A stretch of DNA of 62,940 bases, the filler included, from Hyphochytrium catenoides (lineage: Eukaryota > Protista > Hyphochytriomycota): NCBI GenBank assembly GCA_900088475.1. It is 8 parts of 8 records of this genome, joined end to end, with 100 filler letters (N's around TTAATTAATTAA, not from the genome) between each part and the next. Parts side by side here need not be neighbours in the genome. Positions count along the whole stretch, not along the records: positions 51,398 to 53,399 come from FLMG01001934.1; positions 53,500 to 57,641 come from FLMG01000932.1; positions 57,742 to 58,811 come from FLMG01003083.1; positions 58,912 to 62,940 come from FLMG01000158.1; 4 more parts are not named here. One strand, written 5' to 3'. A model generated the notes under the pieces. It made no database searches and was not told the origin of the DNA. It worked only from the letters and a program-made list of their open reading frames with translations. The position numbers and the translations under genes were made by a program. Position 1 is the first letter of the stretch; each line of letters starts with the position of its first letter. Below are positions 53,181-62,940 of the stretch, piece after piece.

Positions 53181-53211
<31 letters not shown>

Positions 53212-53247
53212 AGTGAGTGTGAGTTTTGGATTTACGGCAGGGCTCAA
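53111..53247. repeat. Intronic tandem duplication, about 70 bp unit
   Basis: '(ga)n-agtgagtgtg.gttttggatttacggcagggctcaa' occurs twice. Confidence 0.85.
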
Positions 53248-53499
53248 ACGAGAAAAAGACTCTACTTCAAGCAGTAGGTGGAGCTCGTCACATCTGAGTT
53301 AGACAAAGAGTAAAGAAGAGGCAGACAGAGAGACAGACACAGAGAGAGGGAGTGTTACGTAGAGAGAGAGCAGAGAGAGAGAGAGAGAGAGGGAGGGGGN
53401 NNNNNNNNNNNNNNNNNNNNNNNNNNNNNNNNNNNNNNNNNNNTTAATTAATTAANNNNNNNNNNNNNNNNNNNNNNNNNNNNNNNNNNNNNNNNNNNN

Positions 53500-53525
53500 C
53501 CTGGGTTCGAATCCCGGAGGGTACA
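53500..53525 (+). tRNA. 3' end of a tRNA gene (T-arm and acceptor 3' strand); isotype unknown
   Basis: CTGGG-TTCGAAT-CCCGG T stem-loop (B box), a 7-nt acceptor strand plus discriminator, then TTTT a few nt downstream. The 5' part lies in the N gap. Confidence 0.7.
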
Positions 53526-53575
53526 AAACTTTTCTCCGGTATATCCAGACACCTCCCAATATTAATTCAAAGTGC

Positions 53576-54478
53576 TCACCATCCAATGATAAAATCTGAC
53601 AAATCCCGGGGGTTGGCGCATGTATATGGTCTCGTCAAGTCTCCATGGAGAAAGGCAGTTCGAATATCCAGATGATGAATCTCAGAGTCATACATCGCTG
53701 CTAAAGAGAGGATACATCGGACGGACTCATAGCTGACCACTGGAGCGAAGACCTCGTTGTAATCGATCCCCTGTTTCTGATTGTAGCCTTGAGCAACGAG
53801 TCGTGCCTTATAGCGATCGATGGTGCCATCACTTCCATATTTTACGCGAAAGACCCATTTACACCCAATGACGTTTGCTCCTGGAGGACGTTCATCGAGT
53901 TCCCAAACGTCGTGCTGTTCCATAGATGCCATTTCACTGAGGATAGCGGCGTTCCACTCCGACGCATCCGGTCCAGAAAGAGCCTCCTCTATCGTTCGGG
54001 GTTCATTGGGTGATAAGGAGTTGCCAAGGTGATTAGCCATGGAGAAAATAGAGTCTTCTTGTTGAAATCGGCGTTTGAAAAGCGGAATGCGGGAGGGAGG
54101 TACTTGTTGTGGGGAATCAGATGCTCGTACTGGGGTTTGGACAAGGGGTTGTTGTAGACCGTCTGGGCAAACGCGCAGGGTTTCCCAACGGTCATCGGGA
54201 GGTGAACACGGATCTATCGAAGCTGAATTGTCGGTATCGCATACGGTGTCTGCTGGTTCAGGGTCTGTCAAGGGGCGGGCAGCAGTATCGGGTTGTTTGG
54301 CGAGGTATTCGTTGGGGGGAGGCACTTGGATGGACAGATGTTGATCAGAATCCCCTTTACGAGTCGGATTGTTAGGGAGGGAGCTGTCTTCCTCGCTAAG
54401 GACATCAAAGAGATGGAGTACGGAGTCACGCAGCTGAGGCGAGGTTTGAAGTAGCGAACCAAATTCCTCTTCAGCAAA
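53576..54478 (-). mobile_element. Ty1/copia reverse transcriptase fragment (degenerate, 3'-truncated)
   Basis: 'EPRTIEEAL..W..A...EM.S....VWEL..RP.GANVIGCKWVFRVK...DG.IDRYKARLVAQGYNQ..GIDY.EVFAPVV', 'LDIRTAFLHGDL', followed by a frameshift. Confidence 0.95.
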
Positions 54479-54801
54479 TGTTGGAGTCTGAGGGCACAGC
54501 TATGTGACCCACAAGGTGGCAAGCTTAACTACCCAAGTTTCAGCTCCAAACTCCCAGTAGAAGCCGAGATATGAAGTAAAGGAAATATCCCTGTTTATAT
54601 CTATGGCTTATGGTCAGTACCCCAGGATACCTCCAGGACTGACTATTCTAGACAGGGATATCTCTATAACTCCATATCTTAGACTATATTAGGAATAGTG
54701 GGCATAGTCAGAATAGCTCTAGATTATGGGACCCCAGTTGGGCTTATAAGTAGTGCACTCTCATCTAATGACATTGTCCAATCATCCCATATAATCCAAC
54801 A
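54479..54801 (+). mobile_element. LTR (about 323 bp, TGTTGG...CCAACA), solo-like
   Basis: TG..CA termini with a 6-bp inverted repeat and a TATA-like 'tataag'. Its first ~154 bp recur inverted at 54801-54954. Confidence 0.7.
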
Positions 54802-56363
54802 GGTATCCTGGGGTACTGACCATAAGCCATAGATATAAACAGGGACATTTCCTTTACTTCAAATCTCGGCTTCTACTGGGAGTTTGGAGCGGAAACTTGG
54901 GTAGTTGAGCTTGCCACCTTGTAGGCCACATAGCTGTGCCCTCAGACTCCAACACCTCCCCGCAGCTCAAACTCCCTATTATGAAGGGTCGAAGCTGAAC
55001 ATTCAACAGCAAACACAACATCCCTACGCTCAATGATGGTACCACTCTCTCTGTCATAAAGTCGATAGGCCTTTGAGTTGTCTGGGTACCCAACGAATAT
55101 GTAAGAAGGCTTTGACTTGGGGTCCATTTTCTGCCTCTTCGAGTCCGGTACGAGTGCATAGGCAAGACAACCAAAGACACGGATATGACTAACGTCCGGT
55201 TTGGCATTAAACCATTTCATAGGGAGTTGCTCCATGTAAGGCGCTTGTTGGGGAGAGATTCCCTACATATGCAGCCGTTAACAAAGCTTCACTCCAAAAG
55301 GAGGGCGGTATCCGGCGGCATGTAGCATGCACTGGGGAGACTCCACAAGAGTCCTCTGGCGTCGCTCGGCAACTCCGTTCTGCGCTGGACTGTATGGAGC
55401 TGTAAGCTCATGTAGAATGCCACGTGTCTTGCAATACTCCTTCATCGCTTCCGAGCAGTATTCCCCACCTCGGTCGCTCCGATACGTTGAACTTAAGTCC
55501 TGTTTGGCGCTCAGCCATCTTGATGAAGGTGTCGAGGTGAGTGATGACTTCACTCTTATTCTTCATGAGGTACAGAAAAACTCGACGAGTATAGTCATCA
55601 ACGAAAACCACATAGTAACGATGTAACGATGACCGCCAAGGCTAAGTGTATTGACAATGCCAACATAGGTGGACTAGTTGAAGGGGGCGCTGTGTTTTAC
55701 GGTGTGATTGTTTAGGAAACTTACGTCGGGTCAGTTTTCCCAAGACACAACCCGAACAGAGAGACGTTGTGTCGTTGGTGATCTTCATGCCTGAAGAGAC
55801 CGTTGCCAATTTCCGTACATCTGGAATGTTTAGATGTCCCAATCTGCGATGCCAGATGGTGACTGATTGGGGGCTGATAGCGGAAGCAGAAGGGTCGTCT
55901 ATGGCCTCAGTACCGGATAAGGTGGTGTAGGCACTGGGAGAACTGCTTGCTGGAGTACAGTCAGTTAAGGTCGAGCCCGTCACGTAAAGAGATTCCCAAT
56001 GCGTTCGCCAAGGGTACTGGTTGGTGGAACAGAAAGCAGCTGAGATAGAGGTTTTGGCGGTAGATAATAATAGACCTGTCCATCTTGGTTAAAAAGTACG
56101 TGGTAACCTTTATCAAGCTCCTTGCTGATTGAGAGTAGATCTTTGGTGAATCCAGGAGCATGTAGGACGTTTTGAAGGGTTACAGTGGCTGTCCGGTTGG
56201 TCGGTGATGTGAGAGAGAGCTTGACTGATCCTTGTCCGATGGCCTTGACGCTTCTGTTGTCGGCTGTGAGTAGATGTATTGGATCTATGACTTTGTAGTC
56301 CTGGAAATGCTGCCGTTTGCCGGTGATATGATCTGTGGCACCGCTATCAATGATCCACCGTGC
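54802..56363 (-). mobile_element. Degenerate internally deleted copia element: protease, GAG-pre-integrase, integrase, PPT and partial 3' LTR
   Basis: 'WIIDSGATDHIT', 'WHRRLGHLN..CSGCVLGK', 'FVDDYTR', 'RSDRGGEY', 'TAPYSPAQNGVAER', 'RVFGCLAY', 'FVGY..SKAYRLYD', 'RDVVF'. Then the PPT-like GCGGGGAGG abuts TGTTGGAGTC at 54954. Multiple frameshifts. Confidence 0.92.
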
Positions 56364-57641
56364 TGTTGAGAGCAGAAGCTGACAAGAGCTCTAAAAGGCT
56401 CACAGTTCCAGAGTCTATCTGACAAGAGGAAGAAGGCACAAAACAAAGTGTTTCAGAGTTATGATAACTAGGTTATTATCATCAGGTAAGTCATCATATG
56501 ACGTCAAGAAGTAGTAACCGGGTCTAGTAGTTTATACGAGACACAGTTACTCTCCAGAACAACTAGACAACGTGATAACTAGGAAACAGGGTCCCATAAG
56601 CTCTTCATACTCACTTCGAGTATATCAGTAGACCACATAACCTAAATAAGAGTGTCTTCAAATCCCATACATTATAACAGGTTATGGTCCCACGCTTATT
56701 CCAGGACTTCAGCGAGCTCTCTGGACCAACCAAACCAAGAACAAGACTATCCCCTGGAGTCATCAATTCTCCTCCAGGATCAAGACCGAGACCACCCCTG
56801 GAGTATCCAACTCTCCTCCAGGATCGGAACCAGAGGACGATTGCCGTTACCATCCCCAGTTGTGAACTCACACTCAACGAGTGAATTTACCAGCTTTGTG
56901 TCAATTATCGCCAACTTTCTGTCAATTATCCCGATATTTGATAGGATATTTGTTGGACCATATTTGACACTGTTGTGAATTGACAACCAAAGCTCGTATT
57001 CACAAAATCTTGTCAATCATACCAGTGTGAGGTGTGAAATAAACCTAATTTGACACCATTTGGAGCAAAATCTTTGACATTTTGTCAATTATACTGTCAA
57101 AAATTACCGGAATACCCAGTTTTTTACGGAGATTACGATTCTGCAGTCAAAACTCGCGTATCCCCTCTACTTTTGGAGAAAAATGGACTCTCAGCCCTCA
57201 GGCGCTCTATCCATCAACAAGCTTCAAGGACGAGATGACTACCCTATCTGGAGTGTCAAAATGGAAGCCTATCTGGACGAGCTAGGTCTACTGGACCACA
57301 TTACGGATCCCAACCCTCTGGAGCCTCTACAGCGGACACTAAAAAGGAGGACAAGAAAACCACAGGACGTGAACAGGACTCGAAATGGCTCAGGGATGAC
57401 AAGAAGGCCTACAACAAGATTGTCCTTGCCGTGTCCGACAACCTCGTGCGCTTCTTACAAGGAAGGGAACTGCCAGGGAGGCATGGTTGAAACTGCAAGA
57501 GGAGTTCGAGAGCCGCAATGTCAACATTATTGTGACAACCCTCATCTCTTTCCTTATTACCAACAAACATAGGGATGGAGATGATCTTGTTGAGAGTGTT
57601 GAGAGCAGAAGCTGACAAGAGCTCTAAAAGGCTCACAGTTC
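56364..57641 (+). mobile_element. Short copia-type LTR element: 5' LTR 56364-56679, PBS, frameshifted gag, 3' LTR starting 57597 (cut by gap)
   Basis: Identical 45-nt LTR starts TGTTGAGAGCAGAAGCTGAC.. at 56364 and 57597. The LTR ends ..AACA and is followed by GGTTATGGTCCCA. Gag motifs 'KLQGRDDYPIWSVKMEAYL...GL' and 'AREAWLKLQEEF'. Confidence 0.88.
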
Positions 57642-57834
57642 NNNNNNNNNNNNNNNNNNNNNNNNNNNNNNNNNNNNNNNNNNNNTTAATTAATTAANNN
57701 NNNNNNNNNNNNNNNNNNNNNNNNNNNNNNNNNNNNNNNNNCCGAAGACATCTGAGGTTAGTGCGGCTTTACCTTAATCACGTTGGGCTCCATGGACTTT
57801 TGGCCTGCTTCTGCTCAATACTAATCAATCGTAC

Positions 57835-58811
57835 GTGCATATTGACGTGCAGCCTGGGACCACTACCTTTAGACAGTTTGGCTGCCGACGTATACCGTGG
57901 CGAGACTCCAAATTGGAAGAGCTTATCTTACGAGCAACCGAGCTCTTATCCCAGGGCAGCAGCCTTTCGCAAGTGGAGGTAGCAACTGTCTCTTCCTCAG
58001 AGTTGTATCATCGATGTGTCTGCAAAGAAGGAATTGCCTGTGTTTGTGGAGCACGCTGCTGGGTTTGTCAGGCACCTTGGCTGTCGGAGAGCAGTGTTAC
58101 ATATGACAATTGTATCCTTTGGGGTAGGAGTCACCGTATGAATCTCCAAGTTCCAAAGGTACAGTGTAGCCAGTGTGCTACCATATTGCATTGGGATGGA
58201 CATGACTCGGGTATTTTTAGATATTCCGCTGATAACGCGTTTACCTATGACCTTTGCATCAACGCCCTGAACCAAGCGATCATAGGGCAGAGTCCATTCG
58301 CTGCCATCTATAAGGTCATTGAGAGCGACTACGCACTTTTCGGCAGGAGGCTGACACTATCGGAAGCAACGTTCTATGGATTGATGTGGAGCTTTATGGA
58401 GTCACTAGAGGATGACTGGAGTAATCTATCAAGTTGTCCGCACTGCGGTTCATTACAGACATGCAAGGAGTTGATCATTGATGGAACAGCAGTAGCACCT
58501 AGACGGGAGTTTTTGCGGCCAGAACATAATAGGGTGAGGCCCACAGTAGATGGAGAAAGAATTATGAAAGGCACGTCAAGCGCCGAACGGATGTTCATTC
58601 CAGAGAAGCGAGTGCGAAAGGTGCTTCGTGACTTCACCGAAAGCAGTTACGACCGGCCAATTGACGCCGATGTAAGTACCTTTTAAACCGGAGCTCCAAT
58701 TGCCTCATCGTGAGGTGTTTGATAGCCTCTTTCCCCAGCTCTTAATGGAAGTCCTCAGCTCGGCGCCATATATGGAATACCTTGTTGGATTATGTGCCCA
58801 GCGGGAAACTG
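57835..58811 (+). mobile_element. KDZ (Kyakuja-Dileera-Zisupton) transposase-associated CxC cysteine-cluster region, partial
   Basis: 'CSQC...LHWDGHDSGIFRYS...FTYDL', 'TFYGLMWSF', 'CPHCG......LIIDGTAV' resemble the CxC4-type cluster and following motif of KDZ/HMGXB3-like proteins. Probable GTAAGT intron at 58672. The contig is only ~1.1 kb. Confidence 0.6.
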
Positions 58812-59184
58812 NNNNNNNNNNNNNNNNNNNNNNNNNNNNNNNNNNNNNNNNNNNNTTAATTAATTAANNNNNNNNNNNNNNNNNNNNNNNNNNNNNNNNN
58901 NNNNNNNNNNNAGGAGACTCCTGTCGCTCCGCCTCTCCTAGCTACAAGACGATCTTTCCTCCCTTTCCTCACTCTTCCATCAGCGGCACCAGCTCACTCA
59001 CAAATTTTCCTCTTTGGTTTGGCAGCCAAACCCAGTGCCATAGGACACGCAGAAGGGCTACTAGTTGCTTGTCGGACATCCACTTCCGTCTCCCTCGCTT
59101 TCCACAACGACGGCGAGAGAAGAAGAAAGAGGAAAAGAAGTAATCAGCAGTTGAAAGCCCGAACCTTTCACCTTTTCCAGCGAC

Positions 59185-60101
59185 ATGAGGTTTTCAGCAT
59201 TCCTCCTTGGTGTCGCGGCCACCGCGGCCTTCCAGTCTTCTTCGCTATTCTCTCTGGCCCAAGAACAACAACCAAACAAGCTGGAACAGAGCGCTTTGCG
59301 AAGAAGAATGGAGGTCGTAGCTAGCGGGGACGCACCGGGCAAAGAAGGCATTTAACTGAAGAAGAAGAAGAAGAAGCCCAAGTACTGGCGGCGGTAGAAG
59401 ACGGTGTTCCTTCGGCCCACCGTCTCCGAACAAACCGAACGACCAGCAAAAGACACCTCTTCGGTCTTGATAACGAAAGTTGTGAGATGTCACCACACTC
59501 TCCATACCCCGATGGTGGAGTGATAGGTGAATGTCATAAAGATGATTCTCTTGACCCAAGGAAGAAGAAAGGCCCCTCCGGAACCGTGTGGCTCTCTGAA
59601 CATACTTGCTGGGGCAATCACAGGTACTGGCAGAAGAACTTGCGGGATTATCAAGATTTCACGTTAACCGGGAGGCATGTCGTCATTGACCTCAAGGATG
59701 CCAGATCGAAATGCATCAGCTTCCGGTCCGGGTGTAAGGACGACAGGCTACGCAGATTCTTTGATAAGCGTGCTTCCTCCGCGGCGTGGCGGTTCAAAGA
59801 CGTTCACTGTGATGACTATATTAGGTTCTATCCTGGAGATAACTGCCAAGGATTTTATAAGGAGTGGCCTCTTAAGGTAGAGCACTTCCCGATCAACTTC
59901 ATCGAAGACGACATCAACGTTGTGGTTTCCTCCTTTATGATCGTGAACACTGGCAAGGACGGGAGTATGATTCCAGACAAGCCACAGAAGACGAGTTGTC
60001 CCAAACCTACCCGCAATTCCTATGCATACACCAGTGAGCCGTATTCAGACTGGGATGGATACATATTCACACAAACGATCGGCTATTATTCTGCCTACTA
60101 A
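59185..60101 (+). CDS. Putative secreted protein with a beta/gamma-crystallin-like region resembling an oomycete hypothetical family; frame break near 59325-59350
   Basis: Signal-peptide-like 'MRFSAFLLGVAATAAFQSSSLFSLA' at 59185 is in a different frame from the open frame 59325-60101. The latter has 'FDKRASSAAW..IRFYPGDNCQG..W....FPINF..DDIN..VSSFMI'. Confidence 0.55.
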
Positions 60102-62843
60102 TATAAACAATAATAGGGGCAGGGAATCGGCTCTAGTTGGTGCTTAATGGGGCGTCGAAGCCCTGTGACTGGCTGCATAATTCTGCTGGGCGGGGGTACA
60201 AATGTATGAGAGTGAAGCAGTGTCTCGACGTTCCTCATTGGGAGGTCTTGGTCTTGATCTTCCTTGCATCTCCTCCTCCCAACAACTTCTTTCCACTGTT
60301 CGTTCAGTTAGAGTGTCATAACAATAGTAATAACTACTACGGACTGAGAAACCCAGATCACTAAATGAATAGCCCTGCTGCCTGCCTTACCTGCCTGCCT
60401 GTCGAGCTCCTTCTTCGTGATGCGAGCTGAAAGGCTTCTCATTCAATCATCTTCTTGCAAGATCCTTACGAAAGAGACTTGAAATCTCTTGAAGGGCTGG
60501 GAATGTTTCCATCAAGCCAAAGGTCACGTCCGTTATCCGAAGTGGTAGTCCACACTTGGTACACTTCCTTGATAACTTTTTTTTGCATGTTTAGCTGGTA
60601 GTAGTAGTCTAGATCTTGTGTGTTCTCCACAGCGATGGGATGTGCGACTGCCCGCGCTCAGCGCGCGCTAAAGCCTAATCTCACTTCACATTTTCCAGAC
60701 GATCTACACTTCAGTTTATTGCGCTAGAGTGTTCTTTCCAAGGCTTCCTCTGTGCCTACCAGTAGCGTACGAGAGAGACGAGTCTCGGGAAGCGATCCGA
60801 GAGGCTCTAAACGCTACATTGCGGCTGCGTCTTGAATAAGCGTATCTTCTGCTAACTACTGTTTTGTCTAGTGGCAGTAGAACAAGTCTCTTCCGCCATT
60901 TCCCTCTCTTGTTCTCTTCTTCCTCCTCTCTCTCTTTTTGTCTGGTCTCTTTTTACTTTTCTCTCTCTAGATATCACGCATCTTTAACCTGCTATCGTAA
61001 AAGAACAAGGGAGAGAAGCGTCGATGATAGTATTTTTATACATTGAGACCGCCGGGTTGATTCCTTCCTCTCTTTCTTGCTCTGGCTTCCAACATTTCTC
61101 CCCCATCTTATTCTTGTCTCTCTTTCTCTCTCTTTTCCCCTTCTACTCTTGCTGGTCATGAAGGCCGGGGCACCGAGAGACAGACGGAGAAAGAGACATC
61201 ATAGAATATTTTGACAGCTTGGCTGACACCGGCCAACAAAGGACATGGTGGCAGTAGCGAGGAGAAGATAAAGTTGACGAGGAGATCAAGGCTTTTTAGC
61301 TGTGGTGGTCTCTTCTTCTCTTTTTTCTTCTTTTACACTTTCTTCCTTCTCTTCCTCCCATTTCCCCTTCTTCTATCTTCTTCTTCTTCTCCTACTTTTT
61401 CCTTTTCTCTTTCTTCTCGTTCTTTTCCCTCCTTCTCTCTCTTCTTCGTCACTTTCTTCTCCTCCTCCTTCTTCTTCTTCTTCTTCTCTTTCTCCTTCTC
61501 CTCTTATTTCTTCTTCTTGTATCTCTTGCTCCTCCTTGTCCTGCTTCTTCTCCTACTTCCTCCTTTTCTCTTTCTTCTTCTTCTTCCCCTTTCTTCTTCT
61601 CTCTCTTTTCCTTCCGTTTCTTCTTCTTCTTCTCTTTCTTCTTCTCCTCCTCCTCCTCCTTCTTCTACTTCTTCTTCGTTTACTATTAGAATTATGAGTA
61701 TCTTCACAGCAGCAGTTAAGTCTTCAAAACAATAATTAGCAGAAGAGAAAGGGAATAACAAATACAAGAACTCTGATCCGTCTCGCGATCTCCTTCTTCC
61801 TTGACTCTCTCTCTCTCTCTCTCTCTTCTCTTTCTCTCTCTCGCTCTCTCTTTCTCTCCCTCTCCCACCCGCTCTCTCGTCGCTCTCTTGCTCTCTCTCT
61901 TCCCTTCCGTATGTTTGATGGCGTGACCTTTCGTTTAGCACCCAAACCTGAAAATTACAGCTTCGAATCTGATATTTTACTGTATGAGGACTATTTTTGA
62001 AAGAAATTTCCCACATGCCCATAGTTCTATCTTTTCCGTGCTTGCTTTCAATCCGTTATTGGACACTCTCAAGAAGATCACACTAGAAAAACCGCATTGA
62101 ATAGCGTTCTTGATTAATCTACCCCTTTGGTTTATTGACCAATTTCTAAAGCACAAGTACCGTACGAAATTCCAAGTACGGCTGTACAGGTACAAGTACC
62201 AAAAGAAAACAGGAGTGATTGTGGAGGCATTGAAATTGATCCTCACTCTCTCTCTCTCTCTCTCTCTGCCTTTCTATCTCTCTCTCGCTCTCTGTCCCTT
62301 TCTTTTTCTCTCTCTCTCTCTCTCTCACTCTCTCTCACTCTCTCTCTCTCCTCCTCTCCTCTCTCTCGCTCTTTTTCTCTCTAGAACTAGGATCTCTCTC
62401 TTTTCTCTCTCTCCTCTCCCTTTTTCTCTCCTCTACGTCGTAGAACTATCAGCGAGACGGATGTAGTTTTGTCCGCTCTCCACAATCCAGCCTCTTCTCT
62501 CTGTTTTCTGATCCTCCCTCATGCTCTCTCTCTCTCTCTTTTGCCTTGTGTCAACCAGTCTCTCCTTGTGCCAGTACTGTTTTTGCCATCGCTTGACAGT
62601 CCTCAGAACGAAAGCATTCACGACGAAGAGAGAGGGACCACAATTTACAGAGAGAGGGAGAGACACAGTTGAGCTTCCGAGTAGCACTAACAGATCACCT
62701 TTTCAAACCTAAAAGTGAGAGAGAAAGAGAGCTCTACCAGAGCTCCGGACAAACCCTCCTGCTATTAGGTATCATCCATCAGACAGGAAACAGGAGAGAG
62801 AGAGAAAAAGAGAGAGAGAGAGAAAGAAACGAGAGAGAGAGAG

Positions 62844-62940
62844 ATGTACTATCAGCAGCAGCCCCTTCAGGTGAACTGCCCGGGTTGTCGGCGGACTCTC
62901 CAGCTTCCTCCTGGAAACGTTCCTCAGCTCCGCTGCGGCG
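62844..62940 (+). CDS. 5' end of LSD1-type zinc-finger protein (type I metacaspase prodomain-like), truncated by window end
   Basis: MYYQQQPLQVNCPGCRRTLQLPPGNVPQLRCG.. matches CxxCRxxLxxPxGxxxxRCxxC. Confidence 0.6.
   Translation, partial: MYYQQQPLQVNCPGCRRTLQLPPGNVPQLRCG

Noticed and set aside
54479-54954. MITE with long TIRs
   Set aside because: No TSD; TG..CA ends and an adjacent PPT indicate LTR copies.

Overview
Eukaryotic, intron-rich genomic DNA, most consistent with a flagellated stramenopile (an inference from gene content, not proven). The window is a concatenation of 8 contigs joined by artificial N-TTAATTAATTAA-N spacers, so adjacency across spacers is meaningless. Most six-frame ORFs are artefacts of (AG)n/(CT)n tracts; real genes had to be rebuilt by hand from GT-AG exons. 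Genes recognised: MAPEG protein, DUF1761-like membrane protein, Lag1 ceramide synthase, a large EF-hand-like repeat protein, a spliced soluble pyridine nucleotide transhydrogenase (SthA type) with a mitochondrial-like presequence, a 7TM receptor fused to a TKL kinase, a CCT-motif protein, RPA3, TMEM184/OSTalpha, DNAAF6/PIH1D3, an intronless CAMK-like kinase, a single-domain globin, an ELMO-domain protein, peptide deformylase (3' part), a secreted-type protein resembling an oomycete family, and the start of an LSD1-zinc-finger (metacaspase-like) gene. Also present: a tRNA 3' end next to a nested Ty1/copia cluster, and a KDZ-type CxC transposase fragment. The best novelty candidates are the GPCR-TKL kinase fusion and the intron-containing, probably mitochondrial SthA. 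All family calls come from motif recognition, not database searches.
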